This document shows positions 28,726-38,490 of a stretch of DNA of 64,000 nt, in pieces; the stretch's first letter is position 1; every line of letters begins with the position of its first letter. Origin of the DNA: Deinococcales bacterium (GTDB lineage Bacteria; Deinococcota; Deinococci; Deinococcales; JAAFIG01); the NCBI GenBank assembly GCA_043778225.1, contig JAYWGM010000095.1:1-64000 (forward strand), in the 5' to 3' direction. The notes under the pieces were generated by a model. That model had not been told where the DNA came from. It searched no databases and worked only from the letters and a program-made list of their open reading frames with translations. A program made the translations under genes and the position numbers.

Positions 28726-29517
28726 TTAAAAGTGAGTTTTGCCTTTACCCTTATTTTTCGCAAAGCCCCAAAAGCGTGGGGTTTGGTCGGTCACGGGCGC
28801 ACCGTCTGGGTATTCGGCAAAATAGGTCTCGAGAAAACCTACTTTTTTAAGGCTGGTCTCGAGTTCTTGCTTACTGTAGCCACGCTCTAAGTGGACTTCG
28901 TGGAATTCTTCTAGCAGTGCGCCTTGGTCGTCCATCATCCAGATATGGGCGGTGACTTCGCCTAGATTTTGGGCAGTGGCTTGGTGTGTCCAGTGATAAT
29001 GGGCTGCGCCGTCGGTCAGTTGTACCTCGCCAGCAAATTCGTCGTCCTCCCAGAGGTCGGTCACGCCAAGTGGGGTATTGCAGTCGAAAACAAAAATACC
29101 ATCGGGCAAAAGATGAGTTTTGATTCGTTCTAGAGTCTGCTCGAGGTCGGCTAACTTGAGTAGATTGTTTAGACTATCGAAGACACAAATAATCAACTGA
29201 AAGTGCTTAGGGATATGTAACTCAAGGAAATTCTGATGGTAAAATTCGGTGTTGGGGAGTTTGGCTCGAGCCACACTGAGCATATCCAAACTCATATCCG
29301 CACCAGAAACGACAAATCCTCGCTGAACATACGGCACACTACTGCTGCCCGTTCCACACGCCAAATCCAGCATTGTTATGCCCTCTCGAGCCTCGAGCCA
29401 GCCGAGTTCTGCCAAGACCTCGAGCGAAAAATCCGCCCAGTCATCGTATTCGACATCGGCAAAAATGGCATCGTAGACACGGGCGAGGCTCGAGAATGGG
29501 GCTTTTTCTTGGTTCAC
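28726..29517 (-). CDS. Class I SAM-dependent methyltransferase
   Basis: LDLACGTG, D.S.DML..A, FDSLN.L, GIFVFD. Confidence 0.88.
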   Translation of the reverse strand: MNQEKAPFSSLARVYDAIFADVEYDDWADFSLEVLAELGWLEAREGITMLDLACGTGSSSVPYVQRGFVVSGADMSLDMLSVARAKLPNTEFYHQNFLELHIPKHFQLIICVFDSLNNLLKLADLEQTLERIKTHLLPDGIFVFDCNTPLGVTDLWEDDEFAGEVQLTDGAAHYHWTHQATAQNLGEVTAHIWMMDDQGALLEEFHEVHLERGYSKQELETSLKKVGFLETYFAEYPDGAPVTDQTPRFWGFAKNKGKGKTHF

Positions 29518-29552
29518 AAGCACAAGTATAAGGTAAAAAGGTGGAGTTTTAT

Positions 29553-30449
29553 TCAGCCAACGGTATTTGTCCAGAGCCTCGAGCCATCGGAGTCAAAAAT
29601 CCTGACTCGAGCCGTAGGAATACCTTCTGGCAAGTTAAATTCGATTTTTGCCCCAAATTGCGTCTCGAGGATTTCACCGTTTGGCGCGACCAATTCGGTC
29701 GTGTAGGCATAGTGATGCTCGGCTCGAATCTCGAGTTTAATGCTTTTGGGCTGCATCTCGAGCGATAAAAGCATGATACCTGTGCTGCTGTAAAAATCGC
29801 CAGCTTCGAGTGCCGCCAAAATTGCCTTTTGCTCGAGAAATTTGGCTTTAACCACCACAAAGGCTTGACCGGGCAAACTTTTATAGCCCCAGAATTCGCT
29901 AGCAAAATCGTGGCTATCGTCCGAGGCAATACCGTGCCATCTTTGCCCAGCCAAACCATCCCAGAATTGGTCGGTACTTGGCTTACCACCCGCCCCAAGG
30001 TTATTGCAGTTGGTGCTGGCGTTCCAAATCTCAAATAAATTGCAGTTCTTTAAGCCCAATAAATGCCGAGGCTCAAGCGCCCAATAAAAGTTTGGGTGAT
30101 TGACGATTGGCACACCACCCAGAGCGCGAATACTGTCAATGCTACCCTGCAAAAGCGCCTCGATACTCGAATACAACGGCAATTCTGGCATGGCACTGAT
30201 ACCAAGCCCGTTAAGATGAACCGGCAATCCTTCGGCAACCGTGGTGATTTCCACCCCCGGAATAACCAAAAAACTCGAGTCGGCAATACCAGTACCCGCT
30301 AACCAATTGGCATCGAACGGATGATTATGGTCGGTCATGCACAAAAAATCATAACCATGGGCTTTATACCAAGCACAAACCACAGGCGGAGCAGAATCGC
30401 CATCGGAAACATACGAATGCGTGTGGGTATTACCTTTGAACCATGGCAT
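29553..30449 (-). CDS. PHP-domain metallo-phosphoesterase (CehA/McbA-like)
   Basis: KGNTHTHS..SDG, TDHN, GVE, NHP, SDDSH; AAGGAG SD before 30449. Confidence 0.85.
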   Translation of the reverse strand: MPWFKGNTHTHSYVSDGDSAPPVVCAWYKAHGYDFLCMTDHNHPFDANWLAGTGIADSSFLVIPGVEITTVAEGLPVHLNGLGISAMPELPLYSSIEALLQGSIDSIRALGGVPIVNHPNFYWALEPRHLLGLKNCNLFEIWNASTNCNNLGAGGKPSTDQFWDGLAGQRWHGIASDDSHDFASEFWGYKSLPGQAFVVVKAKFLEQKAILAALEAGDFYSSTGIMLLSLEMQPKSIKLEIRAEHHYAYTTELVAPNGEILETQFGAKIEFNLPEGIPTARVRIFDSDGSRLWTNTVG

Positions 30450-30468
30450 AGTGTCTCCTTTGGAGAGA

Positions 30469-30520
30469 GGTGAAAAGGTCAAAGGGTTAAAAGGTGAAAA
30501 GTTTTTGACCTTTTCACCTT
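30469..30520. repeat. Octamer satellite hairpin (AAAAGGTB)
   Basis: ggtgaaaaggtcaaagggttaaaaggtgaaaag ... tttgaccttttcacct. Confidence 0.75.
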
Positions 30521-31541
30521 ACAATCCTAACCAGGCTTCAGGGGCAACCTCGAGACCAACCGTTTGCCCTCGGGTAAAAATCTGGGTGTTTGGTACTCGA
30601 GCAATCCAAAGTTGACCAGCCACATTGACCAGCACTTGTTGGGTTGCTCCCAAATAGGTGACCAATTCGACTGTGCCGACAAACTGGGCTGGAGACTCGA
30701 GCAATTGCACATTTTCTGGACGCACACCAAGTTTACTTGTGCTGTTGGGGATATTTGGCAAATTCAGGGTTTGCTCAAGTAGTCTAAATTGCTGCTTCTC
30801 CACATTTTTGACCTCGAGCAAGTTCATTTCGCCAACAAATGCCGCCACAAATGAAGTCGCGGGTTTCATGTACAAATCTCGTGGTGCGCCGAGTTGCTCG
30901 ATTTTTCCATTGTTCATTACGACCACACGGTCTGCCATACTCATGGCTTCTTCTTGATCGTGGGTCACAAGCAGCGTCGTGATGCCAAGCTCGAGTTGTA
31001 GGCGTTTAAGTTCGGTGCGAAGTTCAACCCGAATTTTGGCATCTAAAGCCGAAAGTGGTTCATCTAAAAGTAAAACCCGTGGTTCTCGAGCCAATGCCCG
31101 AGCCAATGCCACCCTTTGGCGCTGCCCGCCCGACAAAGACTGCACCGCCCGCTTATCAAAACCAACCAAGCCAACCGTTGTTAAAAGTTCTTGGACTCGA
31201 GCCTCGAGTTTATTCTTGCTCCATTTGGCGACCCGCAAGCCAAAACCGATGTTGCCAGCCACACTTAAATTTGGAAAAAGCGCATAGTTTTGAAAAACCA
31301 TCCCGACTTCTCGAGCCTCGGCAGGGAGCTTAGTCACGTCGGTTTCGCCAATAAAAACCTGCCCAGTATCTGGGATTTCAAACCCAGCCACACAGCGCAG
31401 GGTCGTGGTTTTGCCACAGCCCGAAGGTCCAAGCAACGCCAGCAATTCGCCGGACTGAACCTCGAGACTTATATCATCTACGGCAGCCTTACCTTGGAAT
31501 CTACGCGAAACATTCTCGAGCCTAATTGGAACACTACTCAT
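30519..31541 (-). CDS. ABC transporter ATP-binding protein (PotA/FbpC-like, TOBE tail)
   Basis: GPSGCGKTT, FQNYALFP, LSGGQRQR, LLDEP. Confidence 0.92.
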   Translation of the reverse strand: MSSVPIRLENVSRRFQGKAAVDDISLEVQSGELLALLGPSGCGKTTTLRCVAGFEIPDTGQVFIGETDVTKLPAEAREVGMVFQNYALFPNLSVAGNIGFGLRVAKWSKNKLEARVQELLTTVGLVGFDKRAVQSLSGGQRQRVALARALAREPRVLLLDEPLSALDAKIRVELRTELKRLQLELGITTLLVTHDQEEAMSMADRVVVMNNGKIEQLGAPRDLYMKPATSFVAAFVGEMNLLEVKNVEKQQFRLLEQTLNLPNIPNSTSKLGVRPENVQLLESPAQFVGTVELVTYLGATQQVLVNVAGQLWIARVPNTQIFTRGQTVGLEVAPEAWLGL

Positions 31542-31617
31542 AAAAACCTCGAAAACTGGCTCAAGTGAAATTTCAATGACTTTTTCCCTTTTAACCTTCT
31601 TCCCTTTTGACCTTGCC

Positions 31618-32409
31618 TCATACCGTCACCACCGAACTCGAGTCTTTTTTCTGGGCTAGTGCAAACGCGCCCAAGCCCCATGCAACCGCAAAGGCGATGA
31701 AGCTGATGGCAGCACTGCGGTGTCCATCTTGGGAATTGGTTAGGTATTGGTAGTACGGTAGGGTTTCCCAAGCACTGCCAACAATCAATTGCGCCAAGCT
31801 AAACTCACCAAAGGCAGCCGAGAGCGCCAGAACACCACCTGAAAGCACACCGGGCAGGACGGTTGGCAAAATCACCCAAAGTAAAATCTGCAAGTCGTTC
31901 GCCCCAAGGCTACGGGCGGCTTCGGACAATTCGCGGACATTGGCGGCTTCAAAAGCATTGGCGACCGCTCGGTAGGCAAAAGGCAGCACCCCAACCGTCA
32001 CAGCCGGGATTAACAGCCATGGTGTGCCAGAAATTGCCAATGGCGGATTAGAAAAAATCCGAATCAGCCCAACCGCCAAAATAACGCCCGGAAAAACAAA
32101 AATCCACAAGCTCAAAAACTCGAGAACTGCTGCCAGTTTTGGCACATACAGTGTAACCGCAAAAAGGGTTGGCACTAAAAAAGCAATGCTGATTCCGACC
32201 GCCGCCAGTGCCAGCAGCAAACTTCGACCTGCCGCAGACCAAAAACGGGCATCGGCAAAAAGCGTCGTCCAGGCTTTAAGCGTATAACCGTCTGGAATGA
32301 GGGTCGTCCAAGCCGTCGAGAAACTATAAATCATGGTCATCAAAATCGGTATCGTCAAAAACAAAAACAGCAACAACAACAAGCTGCGCCGTAAGACTGT
32401 CCAAATCAT
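31618..32409 (-). CDS. ABC transporter permease
   Basis: EAARSLGA loop, TM helices; start 32409 overlaps the upstream stop. Confidence 0.88.
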   Translation of the reverse strand: MIWTVLRRSLLLLLFLFLTIPILMTMIYSFSTAWTTLIPDGYTLKAWTTLFADARFWSAAGRSLLLALAAVGISIAFLVPTLFAVTLYVPKLAAVLEFLSLWIFVFPGVILAVGLIRIFSNPPLAISGTPWLLIPAVTVGVLPFAYRAVANAFEAANVRELSEAARSLGANDLQILLWVILPTVLPGVLSGGVLALSAAFGEFSLAQLIVGSAWETLPYYQYLTNSQDGHRSAAISFIAFAVAWGLGAFALAQKKDSSSVVTV

Positions 32410-33239
32410 TTTATACCTCCCTCTAAGCGGGCAGCCCAACGTCTCGAGCCTCGGTACACCACAAGGCAAATCAGCAGCACCAGTGCCATCATACACGCCA
32501 GCGCCGCCGCCGCTCCGGGGTTATAACCAACTTGCCCAGAAACCTGAAAACCAATTTGGGTTGGCAATAAATTGATACTGCCCTGCGAAAGCGCATAAAC
32601 CGTGGCATATGCACCAAATGAGTTAGCAAAAAGCAGCACAAACGAACCCAAAAGGGTTGGCAACAACACTGGAATGCCAACCCGCCACCAAAATAATAAT
32701 GGCGAAGCCCCAAGTCCTCGAGCCGCCTCGAGCCAATCTTTTTGAATGGCGGCAAAAGCTGGCAGCATTAAAACGGTCATCAGTGGGATTTGAAAATACA
32801 AATAAATAATGTGCAAATTCTGCCGACGGTAAATATCGATTTTCTCGAGTCCCCAACTTTCTAAAATAAAATTAAAAACGCCACTCGAGCCAAGCAGCAC
32901 GATAAAAGCAAATGCCAATGGCACACCCGCAAAATTAGCGGCAATGCCACATAATCCGCCCAAAAAGCGCTGAGTCCGTGGGCTGCTGCGCCACAATGCG
33001 CCAGCCGCCAGCGCCCCAAGCACCGCGCCCTCGAGCGCACTTTGTAAACTGAGCGAGACACTATTGCCCAATGCTCGAAAAAAAAGTGGCTTGGTGGCTT
33101 CTTGCCAATGCTCGAGGGTCAATCCAGTTTTATTGGTAAAGGCGGTCAATACCAAGTACCCACCCGGTAAAACCAGAAAAAGCAACAAGAAAAAAAAGAA
33201 AACAAAAACAATACCAACCGATAAAAAACGCAAATTCAT
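32406..33239 (-). CDS. ABC transporter permease
   Basis: EAARGLGA loop, TM helices. Confidence 0.88.
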   Translation of the reverse strand: MNLRFLSVGIVFVFFFFLLLFLVLPGGYLVLTAFTNKTGLTLEHWQEATKPLFFRALGNSVSLSLQSALEGAVLGALAAGALWRSSPRTQRFLGGLCGIAANFAGVPLAFAFIVLLGSSGVFNFILESWGLEKIDIYRRQNLHIIYLYFQIPLMTVLMLPAFAAIQKDWLEAARGLGASPLLFWWRVGIPVLLPTLLGSFVLLFANSFGAYATVYALSQGSINLLPTQIGFQVSGQVGYNPGAAAALACMMALVLLICLVVYRGSRRWAARLEGGIK

Positions 33240-33255
33240 GCGAACTCCTAAAAAC

Positions 33256-33310
33256 AAGTTAAAAGGTCAAAAGGGAAATAGAACCTTTTAACCTTTTAAC
33301 CTTTTAACCC
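33256..33310. repeat. Octamer satellite hairpin downstream of the SBP gene
   Basis: agttaaaaggtcaaaagggaaa ... accttttaaccttttaaccttttaaccc. Confidence 0.75.
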
Positions 33311-33314
33311 TGTC

Positions 33315-34376
33315 TTACTGCCCTAGCACTTCGGTTGCCCATTGGTCGCCAATGGTAACTACGATTTTTGGCATTTCTTTCCAGGCTTTGATTGGAATCA
33401 CTTTTTGGTACTGAAAGGCTGGAATCATTTTGGCACGGATTTCAGCCGACAAGCTGTTGCGGATTTTGGCACGGATTGGTTGAGCGCCACCTTCGGCATA
33501 CAAGCGTTGACCTTCGTCGGAGAACAAGAATTCCATGAATAACTTGGCAACATTCGGGCGAGCCGTAAAGGCGTTAATCACTGGCGCATATGGTCCGACG
33601 GTTGTTCCATCTAAAGGAATCTGAATAGCCAATTTAATACCTTCGTCGGCGAGTTGACGGCGAAAAGTTAAGCCGTTGTAATCCCAGTTGATACCAATAG
33701 CAACTTCGCCTTTTTGGATGTTGGCTAAAGATGGCACGGTTGGAATCAGATTGCCCGATTTTTGCAGTTTAGCAAAGAAATCAATACCCGGTTTGATGTT
33801 GGTTTCTGAGCCGCCCATTGCCATGGCAGCCGCAATCACAGCGTATTGGGCATTGGCAGCCCGCCGTGGGTCGTTGATTGCAATTTTACCTTTGTACTCT
33901 GGACGCAGTAAATCTTTCCATGAACGCGGGATATTTTTGACCAATTTGGTGTTGACCACGAAGGAGACTGCCCCGTAATAGGCTGCTGCGAAGTAACCAT
34001 CTGCGTTTTTTGCCCAATCTGGAATTTCAGCCCATTTGCTGTTCTTGTATGCCATAAAGACACCTTGTTCAACGCCATTAGGACCAAATTGCAAGCCAAC
34101 ATCGCCAACATCGGCAACAGGCGCATTTTTCTCGGCTAAAAATTTAGCGATTTCTTCGGCGCTGCTCATGTCGGTATCGCTGTTGGTCACGCCATAACGG
34201 ACAGTAAAGACCTTCCACATTTTTTCGTAATTGAGCCAGTCGTTGGGAATACCATAACTAACAATTTTACCTTCAACTTTGGCTTTAGCTGCCAATTCGG
34301 CAATTGAATCCGCCGCCAAAACCAAGCTAAGACCCGTAAAAAGCGCTGCGCCAAATAACATCATCGATTTCTTCAT
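33315..34376 (-). CDS. ABC transporter substrate-binding protein (Fe3+/polyamine/phosphoester cluster)
   Basis: Signal peptide, P.SWKDLL.PEYKGKI, AKLF.EFL.SDEGQ; GGAGG SD. Confidence 0.88.
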   Translation of the reverse strand: MKKSMMLFGAALFTGLSLVLAADSIAELAAKAKVEGKIVSYGIPNDWLNYEKMWKVFTVRYGVTNSDTDMSSAEEIAKFLAEKNAPVADVGDVGLQFGPNGVEQGVFMAYKNSKWAEIPDWAKNADGYFAAAYYGAVSFVVNTKLVKNIPRSWKDLLRPEYKGKIAINDPRRAANAQYAVIAAAMAMGGSETNIKPGIDFFAKLQKSGNLIPTVPSLANIQKGEVAIGINWDYNGLTFRRQLADEGIKLAIQIPLDGTTVGPYAPVINAFTARPNVAKLFMEFLFSDEGQRLYAEGGAQPIRAKIRNSLSAEIRAKMIPAFQYQKVIPIKAWKEMPKIVVTIGDQWATEVLGQ

Positions 34377-34557
34377 ACATCCTCCTAAGAACCGTGCTTT
34401 GGTATGTAAACGCCGAATTGTCAGGAGTGTATCAAATCAAAGCAGCCCTAAGTAGATATTTTTTTGGACTCGAGTCAATATATCAGCCCGCTTTAAGTTT
34501 GGTGCAAGCCCAGAACCGATTGTGTAAACTTGGTGTGCAAAACATAAGGAGAAAAAT

Positions 34558-35208
34558 ATGGCAGCATTGGTCGCAGAATTTATTGGCACATTCGCTTTGA
34601 CCCTGATTGGTGTAGGCGCAATCCTCAACGGCGGGGCGGGATTGATCGGTGTAGCATTTGCCCACGGCTTGGTAATTGTGGTTTTTGGCACAGCCTTAGG
34701 CGCAGTTTCTGGTGGACATTTTAATCCCGCCGTCAGTATTGCGATGTTAGCCACTGGGCGCATCGGCGCAGCCAAAGCGGCTGGCTATATCGCTTCGCAG
34801 GTCTTAGGCTCGATTGTGGCAGCCTTTATTTTGACTCAAGTTTTTCCAGCCGAAACTGTGGCAGCAGCCAAACTCGGCACACCGTTGCTCTCGAGCAGCA
34901 CCGGCATCGGGGCTGGGATTATTCTCGAGTTTATTGCCACTTTCTTTTTGGTGACGGTTATTTTTGGCACTGCCGTGGATGCTCGCTCCCTAAAAATTGG
35001 TGCGCCCTTTATTGGTTTAACCGTGACCCTCGATATTCTCTGCATTGGACCAATAACCGGCGCAGCCATGAACCCAGCCCGCAGTTTTGGACCCGCCTTG
35101 GTCAGTGGCAACTTAGATAACTTCTGGTTGTACTGGATTGCGCCAATTGCTGGGGCAGTGGCGGCGGCATTTTTGTACGATGGGCTTTTTCATAAACGCA
35201 CCGATTAA
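34558..35208 (+). CDS. MIP-family channel (aquaporin)
   Basis: AEFIGTF, SGGHFNPAV, MNPARSFGP. Confidence 0.95.
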   Translation: MAALVAEFIGTFALTLIGVGAILNGGAGLIGVAFAHGLVIVVFGTALGAVSGGHFNPAVSIAMLATGRIGAAKAAGYIASQVLGSIVAAFILTQVFPAETVAAAKLGTPLLSSSTGIGAGIILEFIATFFLVTVIFGTAVDARSLKIGAPFIGLTVTLDILCIGPITGAAMNPARSFGPALVSGNLDNFWLYWIAPIAGAVAAAFLYDGLFHKRTD

Positions 35209-35220
35209 GCATTCTTTTGA

Positions 35221-35253
35221 AGACCTGCCCGTTAAATTTTGGGCAGGTTTTTT
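35221..35253. terminator. Intrinsic terminator
   Basis: acctgccc-gttaaatttt-gggcaggt plus T-tract. Confidence 0.65.
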
Positions 35254-35255
35254 CA

Positions 35256-36578
35256 TTATGCCAAAGCTCGAGCTTTGAGTGTTTCCTTTGCCCATTCTCG
35301 AATCTCGAGCGAAGCATCAAAAACACATTCCTCGAGAATAGATTGTGGCAAAATTTGCAGTTGCTCGAGGAGTTTTAGGATATTTTGACGACAGCGTATG
35401 CAGCGATTTTTTTCATAAACAAGGACAAGGGATTTTAGTGCATTTGGTGTGATATTTGCTGTGAAAACATCAACAACATTTTTTGATACATCCTCAAAAT
35501 CATGTTTATCAGGAATCTCAGTCAGCAGCGCATTCTCAATAAATTCGTGGTCGCCTTCTCGATAGTTTTTGATAAAGAATCCAAGTGCAAGTTGTGGATG
35601 GTCAGGGTAATTGGCTTGGTATTTGAAAGCAAAGTCACGTACATCTGGGTGTGAAATTTTGTAAAGAACAGATAGCGCCCACTGAACAACTTCAAGGTCG
35701 GGATGTTGTGCCAATTCAATAATCAATTGTGGACGCTTTGGAAATGGACACTCCATAAAAATACTGAGCAAGCCTTGAATTTCTAAGGAATCTTTTGCAT
35801 TTTCAAGCGCTTGCACTGCTTTGTCTATGTCAAACACAGTAGCACTTTTTGCCCATCGTCTTGGAAGGTAAGCACCATAGAAAACAGGTTGGCGTTTTAT
35901 CCAAGTGTACAGTTGTTCAAATGTCCATTGTTCAGGTAGAACTGCGTTTTTACTTTTTTCTCGAGCCTTCCGATAACGCTCTTCGCATTTATTTTCTGCT
36001 TGAGAGTAAGCGTCAATCGTAGGTTTCCCAGCCCATTGAGACCGATAATTTTCAACAGTCTCTTGTCCAAAAAGCCGTTGTGCAAAGTCAATGAGTTGGT
36101 CACTTGGAATAAAGTCTTTGTCTTGTATCGCCAATTGCCCCAAAGTATCCAAAACCCTGTAAAAACCGTCTATACCATCTAATTCCAGAATAGCCTCTGA
36201 ACAGGGGTCTCCATATCGGTTTCTTTCTTCTGGGTCACTTAAAAAGCAACGAATAATGGCTTCTTTGGCTGATGGGAAACCTTCTTTGGCAAACAAAATG
36301 CACAAATCTACAATCTGTTGATTGGATTCGCCGTCCTCTCCTAGATGCAAAAGCGCCTCCAATAACCCAGACTTAATTGAGGATGGATTGCTTGAATGCT
36401 GAATAACTTCATAGAAGTATTGCTCACGTCCGCCTTCGCTCTGAAAATTAACCCCACCAAACGTCAGACAAGCCTCGAGAATGACATCTTCATAAGGTGC
36501 AGGATCATGGTTTTTCAAATGTTGTATGGCACGTCCGAAACCCATTTCTAGGGCGTGCTTAAACTCGAGCGGAGTCAA
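35256..36578 (-). CDS. Hypothetical helical (HEAT-like) protein
   Basis: 440 aa ORF, AT-richer, C-terminal CxxC; TTG start. Confidence 0.7.
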   Translation of the reverse strand: MTPLEFKHALEMGFGRAIQHLKNHDPAPYEDVILEACLTFGGVNFQSEGGREQYFYEVIQHSSNPSSIKSGLLEALLHLGEDGESNQQIVDLCILFAKEGFPSAKEAIIRCFLSDPEERNRYGDPCSEAILELDGIDGFYRVLDTLGQLAIQDKDFIPSDQLIDFAQRLFGQETVENYRSQWAGKPTIDAYSQAENKCEERYRKAREKSKNAVLPEQWTFEQLYTWIKRQPVFYGAYLPRRWAKSATVFDIDKAVQALENAKDSLEIQGLLSIFMECPFPKRPQLIIELAQHPDLEVVQWALSVLYKISHPDVRDFAFKYQANYPDHPQLALGFFIKNYREGDHEFIENALLTEIPDKHDFEDVSKNVVDVFTANITPNALKSLVLVYEKNRCIRCRQNILKLLEQLQILPQSILEECVFDASLEIREWAKETLKARALA

Positions 36579-36740
36579 ATTATCCCTCGAGCATTAGTTG
36601 TGTGGTGCTTCATGCGTTCCTCCTAATAGAATTCTTGTTTCGTTGGCAGTCAAGGTTTTTCCACGCATAAAAAGCACCTCCTTCAAGGTGACTCGAGTGT
36701 ACTGCTTTCATGGCGCTTGGGCATAAGCACAATGGCTGGT

Positions 36741-36896
36741 TTAGAGTCGCAAATCCTCGAAATCCGAATCGTACTCGAGTGGCTTAATGTACTCAACATC
36801 CTGACTCCATTTATCGCGGCGTAAAGTAACTGTAACCGTGGTTTTACCCGAGCCATTTGGACCAGCAATCAACAGTAAAACTGGTTGTAAATTCAC
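36741..36896 (-). pseudogene. Truncated zeta-toxin-like P-loop ATPase
   Basis: GTG start overlapping the upstream stop; MNLQPVLLLIAGPNGSGKTT...VEYIKPLEY, stops after 51 aa (absent from the ORF track). Confidence 0.7.
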
Positions 36897-37075
36897 CGAA
36901 CACCTTGAAACTGTTTTAACAACTCGAGCTGCCCAGTGGCAATTCGTTGGCGCATTTTTTGCAAACGCAATTCGTCTTCCTCGCGGATATGGGCAAAAGC
37001 ACGTCGGGTCAACTCGAGCAGTTGCGCGTCAGTTGGTTCAAAGTCTGGGTCAGCTAAGTTCTTGTAGTCCTTCAT
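36893..37075 (-). CDS. Small protein, probable antitoxin partner of the zeta-like ATPase
   Basis: 60 aa, EPTDAQL motif, TACAAT 7 nt upstream, GTGA coupling to the ATPase remnant. Confidence 0.6.
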   Translation of the reverse strand: MKDYKNLADPDFEPTDAQLLELTRRAFAHIREEDELRLQKMRQRIATGQLELLKQFQGVR

Positions 37076-37141
37076 GTTGGGTATTGTACTGTATTCGCAT
37101 CCGATTTTCTTTTAGCCTTAAAAGCGCGTAAACTGGCGCTA

Positions 37142-37840
37142 GTGTCCAAATTTCCTTTAATCAAAGCCGAATTAAAACAAAAACTCTTGGCTGGCGGCTA
37201 CCGCGAAGGCGAAGCCCTGCCCAGCGAAGTGACCCTTGCCAAACATTACGGGGTCTCGAGAATGACGGCGCGACGGGCGGTGGACGAACTCGAGCGCGAG
37301 GGATACATCTTTCGGATTCAAGGCGCGGGCAGTTTCCCGACTGGCAAGCGTTTCCGCCAAGGGGTTTTTCGGGTACGAAGTTTAGAAGAAATGGCAATGG
37401 CAGCGCATGGTGCGCCCTTCACTCGGGTTCTCAAAGCCCAAATCGGAGTCGCAAGCCACGAAATCTCCAGCGCCCTCGAGTTGCCAATCGGTGCAGCCGT
37501 CCTCGAGATTCAACGTTTACGCGGTATCGAAGACCAAGCCCTGTTGCTCGAGGAACGGCATTTTAGAATAGACAACACCGAAAAACTCTTGCGTTTACCG
37601 TTGCACCAAGAAAGTATTCATGCGCTGCTGGTTGGCATTGGAATTACGGTCGCTAAAGTCGAACAAACCCTAGCCGCCGTGACGCTTGATGTGACTCGAG
37701 CCAAACTGCTGGATGTACCCAATGGCGCGGCGGCTTTTTTAATGACCCGCCACAGTTTTACACCGACTGGCATTCTGGGTTTCTCGAGGTACTGGGTGCG
37801 CGGCGATGGTGGGGCTTTTGCCAGCGCTTTCGAGCCTTAA
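37142..37840 (+). CDS. GntR-family regulator (HutC/UTRA type)
   Basis: LPSE..LA..YGVSRMT.RRA...L...G.I.R.QG.GSF plus UTRA-like C-terminus. Confidence 0.9.
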   Translation: MSKFPLIKAELKQKLLAGGYREGEALPSEVTLAKHYGVSRMTARRAVDELEREGYIFRIQGAGSFPTGKRFRQGVFRVRSLEEMAMAAHGAPFTRVLKAQIGVASHEISSALELPIGAAVLEIQRLRGIEDQALLLEERHFRIDNTEKLLRLPLHQESIHALLVGIGITVAKVEQTLAAVTLDVTRAKLLDVPNGAAAFLMTRHSFTPTGILGFSRYWVRGDGGAFASAFEP

Positions 37841-38385
37841 AGAATAACCGCCACAAAAAATCCAGCCAACCCAGAGACAATCGCCGATAAAACCAAAGTA
37901 ATCACAATTTTGGTGCTGTCAGTCATGTTCATGCTGCTTTGGATTGCCAAATAACCAAAGTAGACACTGGCAGCCAACGCCGCAAGTGGCAAAAGTGGCA
38001 CAAGCAACAAGCCGACCAGACTAATCACCAAAACAAAACCAACTAGGGCAGTTAAAATTTGCAACGGAATGTAAAACAGCGCAAAAGTGTACGCCACTTG
38101 GTCAATCGTGCCAGTGCCGTCTTGTTTTGACCCCAAAAAATGCACCATATAGACAAACACAAAAAAGCTCAGGACAGTTGCAATGACACCACCGACAGCA
38201 GCCAATAAGCCAGCCGATAAACCAAACAAACCAATAATAACTGCGCCTATCGCCACATAAATCAACGCATCACGCATTGTGCCTTTGTTCTCAAATTGCT
38301 CGAAGGTGGCAACGCTGGGCTTGGTTAAAACTTGAATACTTTGTTGAAACATCTCGGGGATAGGCACACTGGTGGGTTCAGTCAT
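37837..38385 (-). CDS. YIP1-family membrane protein
   Basis: VLTKP...TF followed by ~5 TM helices. Confidence 0.7.
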   Translation of the reverse strand: MTEPTSVPIPEMFQQSIQVLTKPSVATFEQFENKGTMRDALIYVAIGAVIIGLFGLSAGLLAAVGGVIATVLSFFVFVYMVHFLGSKQDGTGTIDQVAYTFALFYIPLQILTALVGFVLVISLVGLLLVPLLPLAALAASVYFGYLAIQSSMNMTDSTKIVITLVLSAIVSGLAGFFVAVIL

Positions 38386-38490
38386 AAAATTCTCCTTGAA
38401 CGTATCCTAGCACCAAATCAGAAACTCGAGCAGTGCAACCCCTATTCTGCCCTTGACAGCCTGAACTTAAACTGGCACACTTGAGCGCTT

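Noticed and set aside
36683..36868. 61-aa ORF from the track
   Set aside because: Wrong frame; the Walker A-containing frame starts at 36896
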